Positions 47,209 through 57,718 of a DNA stretch of 64,000 bases are shown here, piece after piece. The notes beneath the pieces are model-generated. The model saw only the letters and a list, made by a program, of their open reading frames with translations. It had not been told where the DNA came from and did no database searches. The stretch spans positions 64,001 to 128,000 of the forward strand of contig CAXXXD010000004.1 in assembly GCA_963663385.2 (NCBI GenBank), in the 5' to 3' direction. A program made the position numbers and the translations under genes. Source of the DNA: Oceanispirochaeta sp. GTDB taxonomy: Bacteria > Spirochaetota > Spirochaetia > DSM-2461. The first letter of the stretch is position 1. Each line of letters starts with the position of its first letter.

Positions 47209-48156
47209 ATGCACAATATTCAAATGACAAAGAGCCGAACAGCGTCGTCTTTCACCACCTGCAAGAGGCATATTAAACGGCAATGGCAGTTTTATTTAAT
47301 CATACTGATGCCTTTTGCCTATATAGTTGTCTTTCATTACCTTCCCATGGCCGGTCTTCAGCTGGCTTTTAAAAGATACAGCCTTTCCGAGGGGATCTGG
47401 GGAAGCAAATGGGTCGGGCTGCGATACTTCAAGCAGTTTTTCTCGTCTCCCTCCAGTCTTCAGATTATCTGGAACACATTCAGTTTGAGCTTGTATTCCA
47501 TTATCGCCGGGTTCCCCTTTCCCATCATCCTGGCTGTTCTTCTGAATGAACAGAGAAATGCCAGGGTGAAGAAGTTTTCGCAAATGGTGACCTATGCTCC
47601 CTACTTTATTTCAACAGTCATTATGGTGGGGATCCTCTTTCAGGTTCTGGACCCGAGGATGGGGATTTTCAACAAAGTCCTTACGACTATGGGGCATGAA
47701 CCTGTGGACTTTCTGGCTAATCCCAATTGGTTCAAATCCCTGTATGTGTGGTCTGGTGTCTGGCAGTTAACCGGATACGGATCGATTATTTACCTGGCAG
47801 CCCTTGCCGGGGTAAGCCCGGAGCTGCATGAAGCCTGCCGAATCGACGGAGGCAATCTTTTCCATAAAATCTGGCATATAGACCTTCCTTCCATCAAACC
47901 TACTATAATCATCCTGCTGATTATGAATATGGGGCAGGTCATGAGCGTCGGGTTTGAAAAAGTATTCCTCATGCAGAACCCTGTCAATCTGGAGCAGAGT
48001 GAAATCCTGTCGACCTATGTCTATAAAACCGGTCTGGTCAATGCAAACTTCGGTCTTTCCACAGCCATCGGTCTATTTAACTCCCTGGTCAATCTGGTCC
48101 TGATTCTCACTTTCAACAAACTGGCTAAAAAATGCGGAGAAGTAAGTTTATGGTAG
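47209..48156 (+). CDS. Carbohydrate ABC transporter permease (LplB/YteP type)
   Basis: YAPYFISTVI, IIYLAALAGVSPELHEACRIDG; paralog of 18618-19541. Confidence 0.95.
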   Translation: MHNIQMTKSRTASSFTTCKRHIKRQWQFYLIILMPFAYIVVFHYLPMAGLQLAFKRYSLSEGIWGSKWVGLRYFKQFFSSPSSLQIIWNTFSLSLYSIIAGFPFPIILAVLLNEQRNARVKKFSQMVTYAPYFISTVIMVGILFQVLDPRMGIFNKVLTTMGHEPVDFLANPNWFKSLYVWSGVWQLTGYGSIIYLAALAGVSPELHEACRIDGGNLFHKIWHIDLPSIKPTIIILLIMNMGQVMSVGFEKVFLMQNPVNLEQSEILSTYVYKTGLVNANFGLSTAIGLFNSLVNLVLILTFNKLAKKCGEVSLW

Positions 48157-49046
48157 GCAGCTCAATTAAACAGAGCCGGCAGAGCCGGATAATCAACATT
48201 GTTTTAACGTCTTTACTGCTTGCAGGCACTGTTATAGTCCTCTGGCCTCTTATTTACATTATCAGTGCGTCATTTTCGAGTCCCCGGGCTGTGATCTCCG
48301 GAAAAGTCTGGCTGTATCCCATAGAACCCACTCTGAGGGGATACGCGGCGGTTTTTAAAAATCAGAATATCATGTCGGGTTTTGCCAACTCCTTTTTCTA
48401 TCTTTCCGTGGGAACTGCGGTCAATATCGCATTTACCATTCTGGCGTCCTATCCCCTTAGCCGTAAGGAATTTAAAGCCCGCGGTATTTTTACCGCCCTG
48501 TTTGTATTCACAATGCTTTTTTCCGGCGGATTGATTCCCCTGTATCTGGTGGTTAAAAACCTGGGGCTCCTCAATACAAGAGCCTCCCTGATTCTCCCCT
48601 CGGCATTATCGGTCTGGAACCTGATTATTACACGGACCTATATGCAGATGACCATCCCGAGTGAAATGTATGAAGCCGCCATGATTGATGGCAGTGATGA
48701 TTTTACATTCCTCTGGAAAATGGTTATCCCCCTGTCCGGCCCCATTCTGGCTGTCATGACACTCTATTACGGGGTCAGCCACTGGAACCGGTATTTTGAG
48801 GCTCTTATCTTTCTGAAAACAAAATCATTGTACCCGCTGCAGCTCGTTTTGCGCAGTATTCTGGTTTCAAACGAAATCGATCCGATGATGATTGCCGATG
48901 TGGATGAAATGATCCGTAAGCAGGGGTTGGTCGACCTGTTGAAATACTCGACCATTGTCGTAGCCAGCGTGCCAGTGTTATGTATTTACCCTTTTGTCCA
49001 GAAATATTTTGTAAAAGGCGTAATGATCGGTTCGCTGAAAGGTTGA
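48150..49046 (+). CDS. Carbohydrate ABC transporter permease (LplC/YtcP type)
   Basis: ASYPLSRK, TMLFSGGLIPLY, YPFVQKYFVKGVMIGSLKG. ATG 48150 overlaps the upstream stop exactly as in the paralogous locus. Confidence 0.95.
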   Translation: MVGSSIKQSRQSRIINIVLTSLLLAGTVIVLWPLIYIISASFSSPRAVISGKVWLYPIEPTLRGYAAVFKNQNIMSGFANSFFYLSVGTAVNIAFTILASYPLSRKEFKARGIFTALFVFTMLFSGGLIPLYLVVKNLGLLNTRASLILPSALSVWNLIITRTYMQMTIPSEMYEAAMIDGSDDFTFLWKMVIPLSGPILAVMTLYYGVSHWNRYFEALIFLKTKSLYPLQLVLRSILVSNEIDPMMIADVDEMIRKQGLVDLLKYSTIVVASVPVLCIYPFVQKYFVKGVMIGSLKG

Positions 49047-49095
49047 TGTTTATCCCGGTATTTCCGGGGAAAAATATAACGATTAGGAGAGAAAA

Positions 49096-50763
49096 ATGAA
49101 AAAACTGGCTTTATCTTTTGGGTTGTGCCTGCTGTCCGCGGCTCTGTTTGCCGGTGGCTCACAGGACACATCATCAGCACTAAAGGCTGAGTTGACACCA
49201 AGAGGAACCTATCCGATTGTTACAGAAAAGATTGAACTTTCTGTATTCACCCCGGCCGATGGCGCTGTTATCGATTTTGAGACCAATGAGTTTACCAGAT
49301 GGCTCGAAGACAAGACAAATATCCATATCAATTTCGAAGTCAGCCCTGAGGATGCTGTTAAAGAGAAGATCACTCTGCTCCTGGCAAGCGGGGATTATCC
49401 GGATATCTTTATGAGAACCTATATTAATATGACGCCCGATCTGGAGGCCCGTTACGGCATTGAAGAGAAAATCTTCCTTCCCTTGAACGACCTGATCGAA
49501 TCCAGTGCTCCCAACCTGAAAAAACAGTTTGATATAAATCCCGATCTTAAGGGAATGATTACCCACATTGACGGGAACATATACAGCCTCCCCAGAATCA
49601 ATGACTGTTTTCACTGCAGAATGCCTATCAAAATGTGGGTTAATAAGACCTGGCTTGATAAAGCCGACATGGATATTCCGGAAACAACTGATGAGTTTTA
49701 TGCCATGCTCAAGTACTTTAAAGAGCATGATATGAACGGGAACGGCGACCCTGATGACGAGATCCCCTTTGCCGGCGCCAGAGAACGGGAAGGCTGGTAC
49801 GAAACACTGGACTCATTTGTCATGAATTCATTTATTCAGGACAATGGCGATAATCTGAGACTCCTGGAGCATGATGGTAAAATCTTCAGTATAGCCAATA
49901 CGAATGAGTACAGGAACGGCCTTGAGTACCTGACCAGACTGTATGACGAAGGCTTGATTTACGGCCCCTCCTTTACCCAGAAGCATGAACAGCTGAGGCA
50001 GCTCGCCAACCTTCCCGATGTTCTGATAGGCGCTTTCCAGGCCGGCCATAACCAGATGCTTCTCAATGCGGCTTCCGATATGGACCGGTATGTCCAGTAT
50101 GTGCCTATCGCTCCCCTTGAAGGTCCTGCCGGAGTCAGACAGCCCGCCTATTTTCCCGACAGTGCCTACAGAACCGGACAATTTGTCATAACAGATAAGT
50201 GCGAGTCTCCCGAAGCCGCCATGCGCTGGATTGATACATTCTACAGCATCGATACGGCGATCCGGGAATCCGAAAGGGGAGGAATTGAGGGAATCCACTT
50301 CCGCTGGGCTGAATCTGGTGAAATAGGTATGAATGGGGAACAGGCTCTCTATGAAACCCTGGTTCCGCCGTCTATTGAGCCCCAGAATTACAACTGGCAG
50401 AACGGATCGTTTTACCCAAGTGAATTCCGTCTCGGTATGGTAACCGACCAGTCCATCGATCCCTACTCTGAATACGGGCTTGAAAAGCTGCTGTTCCAGA
50501 CCACGAAAGACCTGTACGAACCTTACATCAATCCTGATACCCGGATTGCTCCGACTCTCAAACTGACAACGGATGAAGCGGAACAAATCAGCACAATCAA
50601 AGTCGAGCTGCAGAATTATATCGAATCTTCCAAAACCAACTTTATCATGGGCAGAAACAGCCTTGATAATGAATGGGCGCAGTATCTGGCCGGATTAAAC
50701 AGAATCGGGCTGAATGATTACATCGAAATCATGCAGAAGGCTTATGACAGACAGTTTAAATAA
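49096..50763 (+). CDS. ABC transporter oligosaccharide-binding protein (LplA type)
   Basis: Signal ..AALFA-GGSQD; LASGDYPD, DGNIYSLP, DMNGNGDPDDEIP; ends AYDRQFK like 20487-22157. Confidence 0.92.
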   Translation: MKKLALSFGLCLLSAALFAGGSQDTSSALKAELTPRGTYPIVTEKIELSVFTPADGAVIDFETNEFTRWLEDKTNIHINFEVSPEDAVKEKITLLLASGDYPDIFMRTYINMTPDLEARYGIEEKIFLPLNDLIESSAPNLKKQFDINPDLKGMITHIDGNIYSLPRINDCFHCRMPIKMWVNKTWLDKADMDIPETTDEFYAMLKYFKEHDMNGNGDPDDEIPFAGAREREGWYETLDSFVMNSFIQDNGDNLRLLEHDGKIFSIANTNEYRNGLEYLTRLYDEGLIYGPSFTQKHEQLRQLANLPDVLIGAFQAGHNQMLLNAASDMDRYVQYVPIAPLEGPAGVRQPAYFPDSAYRTGQFVITDKCESPEAAMRWIDTFYSIDTAIRESERGGIEGIHFRWAESGEIGMNGEQALYETLVPPSIEPQNYNWQNGSFYPSEFRLGMVTDQSIDPYSEYGLEKLLFQTTKDLYEPYINPDTRIAPTLKLTTDEAEQISTIKVELQNYIESSKTNFIMGRNSLDNEWAQYLAGLNRIGLNDYIEIMQKAYDRQFK

Positions 50764-50791
50764 CAGAGATCACAAATAATACGGATTTTCT

Positions 50792-50817
50792 GCGGCGGTT
50801 TCTATTAAAACCGCCGC
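50792..50817 (+). terminator. Stem-loop after binding-protein gene
   Basis: GCGGCGGTTT-(6 nt)-AAACCGCCGC followed by TGTCTTGTT. Confidence 0.6.
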
Positions 50818-50842
50818 TGTCTTGTTCCGGAATGGAGGAATT

Positions 50843-52162
50843 ATGGTTACAGAGATACTGGATGCGGATAAACAATGGTATCAGCAGGCGAGATTCGGGC
50901 TCTTCATTCACTGGGGATTATACTCTCTTGCCGCCAGGCATGAGTGGGTAAGAACCTATGAAGAGATTCCCGAAAAAGAATACGACAGAAAATACCGGGA
51001 TCATTTTGATCCTGATCTTTATAATCCGGAGGAATGGGCGGATGCTGCCGAAAAAGCAGGAATGAAGTATGTTGTTCTTACTGTGAAGCACCATGACGGA
51101 TTCTGTCTGTGGGACAGCAGGTTCTCTGACTATAATTCCTGCAACTGTCCTGCGGAAAAGGACCTGTTGAAACCCTTTCTTGACGCCTTCAGAAAGCGGG
51201 GCCTCAGGGTAGGCTTGTACTATTCTTTGATAGACTGGCATCATCCTGATTTTGTAATTGATCAGCATCACCCTTTAAGAAACAGTTCAGACGCGCTTCA
51301 GAAGAAAAGGGATCAGAAGAAATACAGTGAATATCTGTATAATCAGGTTGAAGAACTCCTTACAGATTATGGAAAAATCGATATCCTCTGGTTTGATTTT
51401 TCCTATGGAGATCCGGACTCTCCCCTGGATTTTTCCAAAGGGAAGGGAAAAGAGGCGTGGGAGAGTGAAAAACTGGTTGCCATGGTAAGGCGGAAGCAGC
51501 CCCATATTCTTCTGAATGACAGACATGGCCTGGATGACGACGATTCCTGGGATTTCAAGACTCCAGAGCAGTTTATGCCAAGGGAATGGTACCGGTATAA
51601 AGGGGAAAAAACTGTTTGGGAAGCCTGTCAGACTTTTTCCGGTTCCTGGGGATACTTTCGGGATGAGCACGACTGGAGGAGCAGCCGGCAGATACTAGCC
51701 ACTTTAATCCAATGTGTTTCTTCCGGAGGAAATCTTCTAATGAATATAGGCCCTGACGGGAGGGGAAAGATTGATGAAAGAGCCTTGTCCAGAATGGACA
51801 GTATCGGGAAATGGATGAGATTGAACGGAAGATCCGTATATGGATGCACGGCTCCTCCCGAAAAATACTCTGTTCCTTCAAATTGCATGATGACCTATAA
51901 TCCTGAGAGGCGCAGTCTGTATATTCATATTTTTAACTGGCCCTATAAGCATCTGCATCTTGACGGACAGGTATATCCGGAGGACGCCGTCTATGCCCAG
52001 TTTCTCCATGACGGATCGGAGGTTCAGTTCAAAGGTTTGGAAGAGTGGCAGGAACATGCGGCTCTGGATGCCGGATTTGATCCGAAAAAATCCCTGACCC
52101 TGCTCCTTCCACAGAAGGAACCTGATGTAATAATCCCGGTTATTGAGCTCTTTCTGGGATAA
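50843..52162 (+). CDS. Alpha-L-fucosidase (GH29)
   Basis: WYQQARFGLFIHWGLYS, KHHDGFCLW, YYSLIDWHHP, ILWFDFS, GGNLLMNIGP; GGAGG before ATG 50843. Confidence 0.93.
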   Translation: MVTEILDADKQWYQQARFGLFIHWGLYSLAARHEWVRTYEEIPEKEYDRKYRDHFDPDLYNPEEWADAAEKAGMKYVVLTVKHHDGFCLWDSRFSDYNSCNCPAEKDLLKPFLDAFRKRGLRVGLYYSLIDWHHPDFVIDQHHPLRNSSDALQKKRDQKKYSEYLYNQVEELLTDYGKIDILWFDFSYGDPDSPLDFSKGKGKEAWESEKLVAMVRRKQPHILLNDRHGLDDDDSWDFKTPEQFMPREWYRYKGEKTVWEACQTFSGSWGYFRDEHDWRSSRQILATLIQCVSSGGNLLMNIGPDGRGKIDERALSRMDSIGKWMRLNGRSVYGCTAPPEKYSVPSNCMMTYNPERRSLYIHIFNWPYKHLHLDGQVYPEDAVYAQFLHDGSEVQFKGLEEWQEHAALDAGFDPKKSLTLLLPQKEPDVIIPVIELFLG

Positions 52163-52203
52163 ATAGACTGGGATGCTGAATGCCGCGAAAAAGGAATGGC
52201 CTC

Positions 52204-54351
52204 ATGAAAAAAAAGCATAGTCAGATGTTCTTCTCTCCGATACTGATATCGATTCTTGCTATTATCACTCCCAGTATTTTTTTTCTGATTCTGCTGATGA
52301 ACTTTTCTCTGAAGAACTCGATTTCCATGGCGGAAAAGGTAAATAAGCACATGCTGGATCAGATCCGGGACCAGATTGAGAGTGTTTTTGAAGAGATGGA
52401 AATGGTGTCCCTCTCCTTTATAATGAATCCTTCGGTCAACAGTATATTCAGGATTCTGGGCAGTGGCGAGTCGCTCGATTACTCCCGGGTATACGAAATC
52501 CAGAAACAGCTCCCCAGATATGATCTCTCCAACAGCTATATCAGAGGGGTTGATATTATCTATAAAGCCAATAATCTGATACTGAATCCCTCCGGGTCAA
52601 TCATTGATTTTTATGGCTCTCTCGGACAGAAAATCTTTCCGGATCAGGATAATATCCAATATGATAAGCAGCTATGGGGGGAAAAGTACCATAATCAGAT
52701 TCTCTCGACAGAGGGGGGCGTATGGTTTCTTAATACCTTTCCCCTCGAATCCCAGACCCCTGCGGCTTTGATTCTGATAGAACTGAATAAGTTTTCATTT
52801 TATGATCTGCTGTCTTTTTTCGATATCGGGGAGGATGGGCAGATCGGTATCTATTCAGACGGCCGGGAGATCCTCAGATACCCGGAAAACAGGCAGGTAA
52901 CAGGACGCGGTAGGCTGCTGACAAATACGCTCTCTTCTTCCGATAAAAGCTGGAAGATACAATATGCGGTTCCCTATACCCATATCCTCGACTCAGTTCG
53001 CAGTATACGCCGTATACAGGTCGGGATCACACTCATCAGTATTGTCACTACAATGATTCTGGGATTCATCCTGGTCAAATGGAATTCCAAGCCCCTGTTG
53101 AGGCTGATAGGGAAATTGTCCTCCGATTCCGATTTTGCGCATCTGGACGGAATCAATAAGTATGAACTCATCAATTCAAGGGTTGATTCCGTTCTGGAAG
53201 AACGGAAGAATCTGAAAAATCAGATCCAGCTTCAGAAGAAAATACTGCAGCACAGTTATATCGGAAATCTTATCAGGGGAGATTTCGGCGATACAGAGGA
53301 ATCCCAGGAACTGGCCCGGATCGCAGGGGTTACATCATCCATGTTCCCTATGGCTGTCTTTATCACAAAACCTGTAAAGCCGCTGGAAAGAGGTCTTGAT
53401 TCTTTTGTCAGTCAGAATGAAATCGGAATGGCAATTATCAGGTTTACACGCGAGATATTCAATTATAGTGTTACAAACTACCCACTTGAGAGGGGCGATC
53501 TGCTGACCCTGCTCAGTGTTCCGGCTGAAAAGGATCCTCGTCATTTTCTGGAATTTCAATTGATTCCGTACCTGAAGGATAACGGGTTCAGGTCCATCTC
53601 GGTATTTTATGGAGGAATCGTTGATGATGCGGAAGGAATCCATAACGCCGCTGCCGATGCGGAACTTATGCTTCTGGCCTCTTCCGCGGGACAGGTCGGA
53701 TTTTTCGATACCGTTCCATCCATTCAGAAAATCGAAACCTTCATATACCCCCTGGAATGGGAAGTGAAGTTATCCACGTTTATCCGGGCGGGAAACAGGG
53801 AGCGTGTTCTGAAGCTTCTGAATGAGATTGAACGGGTGAATTTTGTAGAAAACCATTTCAGTATCTATTCTATCCATCAGCTGTTGGGCCAGCTGGCAGG
53901 CACCCTGGCCAGATGTATGAACGGGATATTCCATCCGTATCCTGAAACGACAGACCCCCATGCCGTCTTTCTGGAGATAAAAGACCGATTTCTGTCCATA
54001 ACGGCCAGGAATGCACGGCAGAGGGAAAACGAAGATGATATTCTGAAAGATCGTATTTCCGGCTATCTTATGAAGCACTATCAGAATCCCGGTTTTACGA
54101 TCCATCATCTTGCAGAGTACACCGGGTTATCTGAAACTGTGTTCTATAATACGTTCAGAAGGCTTTTCGGAGTTACATTAGCCAGCTATCTTGAAGACCT
54201 GAGAATCAGGAAGGGAACGGAACTGCTGGAATCGGGAATGAAAATTTCGGATGTCGCTTATCAGTCCGGTTATGCCAATTCACAAACGTTCAGAAGGGTT
54301 TTTAAAAAAATCACCGGTGTAACGCCGTCAGACTTCGCCAGATCGGGTTGA
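52204..54351 (+). CDS. Membrane-anchored large AraC-family regulator (YtdP/YesS-like)
   Basis: Two TM segments, FIYPLEWE, C-terminal ISDVAYQSGYANSQTFRRVFKKITGVTPSDF. Start could be 52180 or 52204. Confidence 0.88.
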   Translation: MKKKHSQMFFSPILISILAIITPSIFFLILLMNFSLKNSISMAEKVNKHMLDQIRDQIESVFEEMEMVSLSFIMNPSVNSIFRILGSGESLDYSRVYEIQKQLPRYDLSNSYIRGVDIIYKANNLILNPSGSIIDFYGSLGQKIFPDQDNIQYDKQLWGEKYHNQILSTEGGVWFLNTFPLESQTPAALILIELNKFSFYDLLSFFDIGEDGQIGIYSDGREILRYPENRQVTGRGRLLTNTLSSSDKSWKIQYAVPYTHILDSVRSIRRIQVGITLISIVTTMILGFILVKWNSKPLLRLIGKLSSDSDFAHLDGINKYELINSRVDSVLEERKNLKNQIQLQKKILQHSYIGNLIRGDFGDTEESQELARIAGVTSSMFPMAVFITKPVKPLERGLDSFVSQNEIGMAIIRFTREIFNYSVTNYPLERGDLLTLLSVPAEKDPRHFLEFQLIPYLKDNGFRSISVFYGGIVDDAEGIHNAAADAELMLLASSAGQVGFFDTVPSIQKIETFIYPLEWEVKLSTFIRAGNRERVLKLLNEIERVNFVENHFSIYSIHQLLGQLAGTLARCMNGIFHPYPETTDPHAVFLEIKDRFLSITARNARQRENEDDILKDRISGYLMKHYQNPGFTIHHLAEYTGLSETVFYNTFRRLFGVTLASYLEDLRIRKGTELLESGMKISDVAYQSGYANSQTFRRVFKKITGVTPSDFARSG

Positions 54352-54377
54352 TTCCCCCGCATCTGGTTCATTCCCGG

Positions 54378-55043
54378 CTATTCATTCTCCTTGAACAGAT
54401 CGAACCGGTTATGAATTCCCAGTTTCGAGTAGACCTTGGTAATGTGATTCTTGGCTGTCTGTTCGGCAATAAAGAGATGATCGGCAATCTCCCGGTTGTT
54501 CATACCCCTGGTCAGAAGTTTATAGATTTCCATCTCCCTGGGAGTCAGCTCTTCAAGAAATTCCAGCTGTCTCTCTTTCTGTTTCTTATGCTGGGAAATA
54601 TGGGCCGCCGTTTCATGCATCTGCTTCTGGAAGAGTTGTTTCGCCACATCCGGCGCCAGAAGGACAGAGCCTTTGTTGACCGTTCGGATAAAGGATACGA
54701 GTTCTTCCGGTGCAATGTCTTTCAGCAGGTAGCCGGCGGCGCCGAAGCGTAAGGCTTCCCTGACATCCTCATCATCGCTGAATGTGGTGAGCATTATAAC
54801 TCTGACGTACGGAAAGAACCGCAGAATCTGCCGTGTTGCTTTTACCCCGTCCATAAGGGGCATTCGCACATCCATAAGTATGACATCCGGGGGAGTCTTT
54901 TCAACAAGTTCGATGGCTTCTTTTCCGTTGTTGGCTGTTCCGATAACTTCAATATCCCCGTTGCTGAGGGTTTCAATAACTATCTTCATACTTTCTATGA
55001 AGAGGACCTTATCATCCGCCAGTATTACCCTGATCTTTTCCAT
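54378..55043 (-). CDS. NarL/FixJ-family response regulator
   Basis: VILADD, VILMDVRMP, GYLLKD, LTPREMEIY..NREIADHLFIAEQTAKNHITKVYSKL. Confidence 0.95.
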   Translation of the reverse strand: MEKIRVILADDKVLFIESMKIVIETLSNGDIEVIGTANNGKEAIELVEKTPPDVILMDVRMPLMDGVKATRQILRFFPYVRVIMLTTFSDDEDVREALRFGAAGYLLKDIAPEELVSFIRTVNKGSVLLAPDVAKQLFQKQMHETAAHISQHKKQKERQLEFLEELTPREMEIYKLLTRGMNNREIADHLFIAEQTAKNHITKVYSKLGIHNRFDLFKENE

Positions 55044-55046
55044 TTT

Positions 55047-56252
55047 CTATCCTTTGTAGGGGAGATTGATTCGGATCTCAAATCCTCTGGAAAGGTTTCT
55101 GTACGAGAATCTTCCCCTATATTTCTTCATCCTTTCTTCTATGCCGTAGAAACCCAGCCCTTTTTCCGCATTTTCACAGCCCCGGCCGTTATCCATGATC
55201 AGGGCGGACAGTTCCTCATCCATTATCCACAGATAGATGGAAACCTCTGTTGCCCTGCCGTGCTTGAAAGCGTTAGTCAGGCCTTCCTGAATGAAGAGGA
55301 ACAGTATATGAAAAACATCCTTTCCCAGGAAATTCGGCAGGTTTCCCAACTCTATCCTGATCCGGATTCCTGTGATTTTTTCAAAGCGGTTGGTCATTTC
55401 CTTCAGGCTTAACAGATCACAGTTGGAGGCGCTGCTTCTATTATGCAGTCCTCTGAGGATAACTCTCAATTCTCTAAGGGAGATCTTGGCCTGTTCTTTG
55501 GCTTTGGTCAGCAGTTGGGGAATCGAGGGATTGTTTCCGTCCCGGGTATTCAGGACTGTTACCGCTTCCAGCAGGGCAATAATGTTCACCAGAGAGTAGC
55601 TTACGGTATCGTGGATTTCATGTATGAATATTTTTCGCTCTTCCTCGTATACCAGATGAGATTCCGATTGAGAGCTGCCTTGAAGAACCGTTCCCGAAGA
55701 TGAGTAATTTTTTATGATGTTCTTCATATTGGCGTTGATTTCCAGGGTTTCATTCAGCCTGGACTGCAAAACCCGTATATGCCTGAATAGAAGGGCTTCT
55801 CCCCAGAAAATAATATTGATCAGCAGAATCGATTCGACGGGAGGAGCATTTACTGTTGTCCACCAGAGGATGGTCTCTCTCTGCAGGATACTGAATCCTG
55901 CGGAAGTAAGACCCAGAAGGATAAAAAGAGAGCTCCCTCTGATATGGAAACACAGATCGGTTGCAATGACGGACATCAGGATCAGTTCCAGAATCAAGTC
56001 TTCTCCCTCGGCATTTCCGATGGTGAAACAGATCAGAAAGTGGAGAAATGCTGCTGCATAGGGGGCCCAGGTTTTCTGTCCGCCCGGCAAAGAGAGAAAC
56101 AGGGATACCAGATAGCTGATAATCAGCAAAACGCAGATCTGCCCCTGCCAGTAAACGGGAATGAAGTCCGGGCGCTTTCTGAAAACGACAAAGAGGATAG
56201 CTGTGGTGTGGGCGACTGATGTAATATACAAACGGCTAATAGAATTTTTCAT
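55047..56252 (-). CDS. Membrane sensor histidine kinase (HisKA_3 type)
   Basis: About 5-6 N-terminal TMs; EERKIFIHEIHDTVSYSL, QEGLTNAFKHG, DNGRG, GLGFYGIEER. Confidence 0.9.
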   Translation of the reverse strand: MKNSISRLYITSVAHTTAILFVVFRKRPDFIPVYWQGQICVLLIISYLVSLFLSLPGGQKTWAPYAAAFLHFLICFTIGNAEGEDLILELILMSVIATDLCFHIRGSSLFILLGLTSAGFSILQRETILWWTTVNAPPVESILLINIIFWGEALLFRHIRVLQSRLNETLEINANMKNIIKNYSSSGTVLQGSSQSESHLVYEEERKIFIHEIHDTVSYSLVNIIALLEAVTVLNTRDGNNPSIPQLLTKAKEQAKISLRELRVILRGLHNRSSASNCDLLSLKEMTNRFEKITGIRIRIELGNLPNFLGKDVFHILFLFIQEGLTNAFKHGRATEVSIYLWIMDEELSALIMDNGRGCENAEKGLGFYGIEERMKKYRGRFSYRNLSRGFEIRINLPYKG

Positions 56253-56283
56253 AATCTGTTTGAAACTTTGATCAGTATAGTCC

Positions 56284-56330
56284 TAGTACAGGAGTACTAC
56301 AATCAAAATCAAAAGAGTACAGTGGTAACT
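56284..56330. promoter_or_regulatory. Putative response-regulator binding sites in the divergent promoter
   Basis: TAGTAC-AGGA-GTACTA palindrome (56284-56299) and an imperfect copy GAGTAC-AGTG-GTAACT (56315-56330). Confidence 0.5.
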
Positions 56331-56386
56331 TTTCCGGAGTTCTATCCCGCTGTATGGTTATGAAAAATCAATAAAGGAGATTGAAT

Positions 56387-57703
56387 ATGAAGAAATTGGT
56401 TACCTTGTGTCTGGCCGCGCTGCTGATGGCAGGCGGGCTGTTTGCTTCCGGAAGTCAGGACGAGGCTGTTCCTGTAGATGAGAATGGAAGGACCAAAGTT
56501 GTGTTCTGGACCAGTCATACCATGAGTGACTTTGATGCTATGGAAAAAGTCGTCAAGGATTTCAATGCATCACAGGATGAAATCACTGTAGAAATCGTTC
56601 AGGTGGTCGGTTCCGAAACGGATACTACAAAGCTAATGACAGCCGTTGTCGGCGGTGTCGGCCCGGATGTGTACCTTCTGGACAGGTTTACAGTTGCCCA
56701 GAGAGCTTCCGAAGGACTTCTGGTAGATCTTACACCCTATATGGAGGAAGAGGGTGATCTGGGCAGCAACTATGTTGATTATGCCTGGGAGGAAGTCAAT
56801 TTTCAGAACCACCTTTACGGACTTCCCTATGATACGGATGCCCGGGTGGTGTACTACAATAAAAACCTGATCAGAGAAGCCGGATTGAATGTCGCTGAAT
56901 GGGATGCCGCAAATGGCCCTATGGATATAGAGTCATTCAAGAAAGCCTGTTTTGCCATGAACAAAACAGATGGAACCGGAGCCTATACGCAAATCGGGTT
57001 TAATCCTTTTATCGATCAGGCCTGGCATTATACCTGGGCATTTGCTTTTGATGCTGATATCTACGATGCTTCAGCCAACAGGATTATCATGGCGGATGAT
57101 CCCGGTATGAGTGAGGCTTTTCAGTTCCTTTATGACTGGTCAAAAGATATGAACCCCCAGAAAAATGTAACCTGGGAATCCACTTACTTTCCTCCCAATA
57201 CGCCCCCTTCAAACCATCCTTTTATTACAGGAAAGACCGCTGCCGTTGTTACGGGTGACTGGTTTCTCAGAACTCTTGAGGATTACGGTAAGGATATCGA
57301 CTGGGGTATAACCTATATCCCCACTCCCGACAAATCCAAATCCTCCTGGTCCGGTGGCTGGAGTCTGGTAATACCCGAAGGTTCCAAGGTTGTTGAGGCG
57401 GCCTATAAGTTTATGCGCTATTTTGCCGGAGAAGAGGGGCAGATGATCTATGTGAGAGATACCCATCATCTTCCCACATGGAAATCCCTCTATGACAATG
57501 AATCTCTTTACAGTGCAAATCATACATTCTTTAAAAACCTGCTTCCTTATTCCAACTCCAGACCTGCCGTTCCCGTTGGTGCGCTTCTCTGGGACCAGCT
57601 GACTGTTGTGCAGGATAAAATGGAACTGGCCAGTGAAGAACCCGTAAAGGCTCTTGTCGAGGCTCAGGAACTTGTTAACAACCGTCTGAAACAGATCCGG
57701 TAA
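56387..57703 (+). CDS. ABC transporter sugar-binding protein
   Basis: AAAGGAG RBS; signal ..AGGLFA-SGSQDE; GPDVY, YGLPYDTD..VYYNK, SGGWSLVIP. Confidence 0.92.
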   Translation: MKKLVTLCLAALLMAGGLFASGSQDEAVPVDENGRTKVVFWTSHTMSDFDAMEKVVKDFNASQDEITVEIVQVVGSETDTTKLMTAVVGGVGPDVYLLDRFTVAQRASEGLLVDLTPYMEEEGDLGSNYVDYAWEEVNFQNHLYGLPYDTDARVVYYNKNLIREAGLNVAEWDAANGPMDIESFKKACFAMNKTDGTGAYTQIGFNPFIDQAWHYTWAFAFDADIYDASANRIIMADDPGMSEAFQFLYDWSKDMNPQKNVTWESTYFPPNTPPSNHPFITGKTAAVVTGDWFLRTLEDYGKDIDWGITYIPTPDKSKSSWSGGWSLVIPEGSKVVEAAYKFMRYFAGEEGQMIYVRDTHHLPTWKSLYDNESLYSANHTFFKNLLPYSNSRPAVPVGALLWDQLTVVQDKMELASEEPVKALVEAQELVNNRLKQIR

Positions 57704-57718
57704 GGAATAAGGATTTAT

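Noticed and set aside
49828..50586. 252-aa minus-strand ORF
   Set aside because: It is the antisense shadow of the binding-protein gene.
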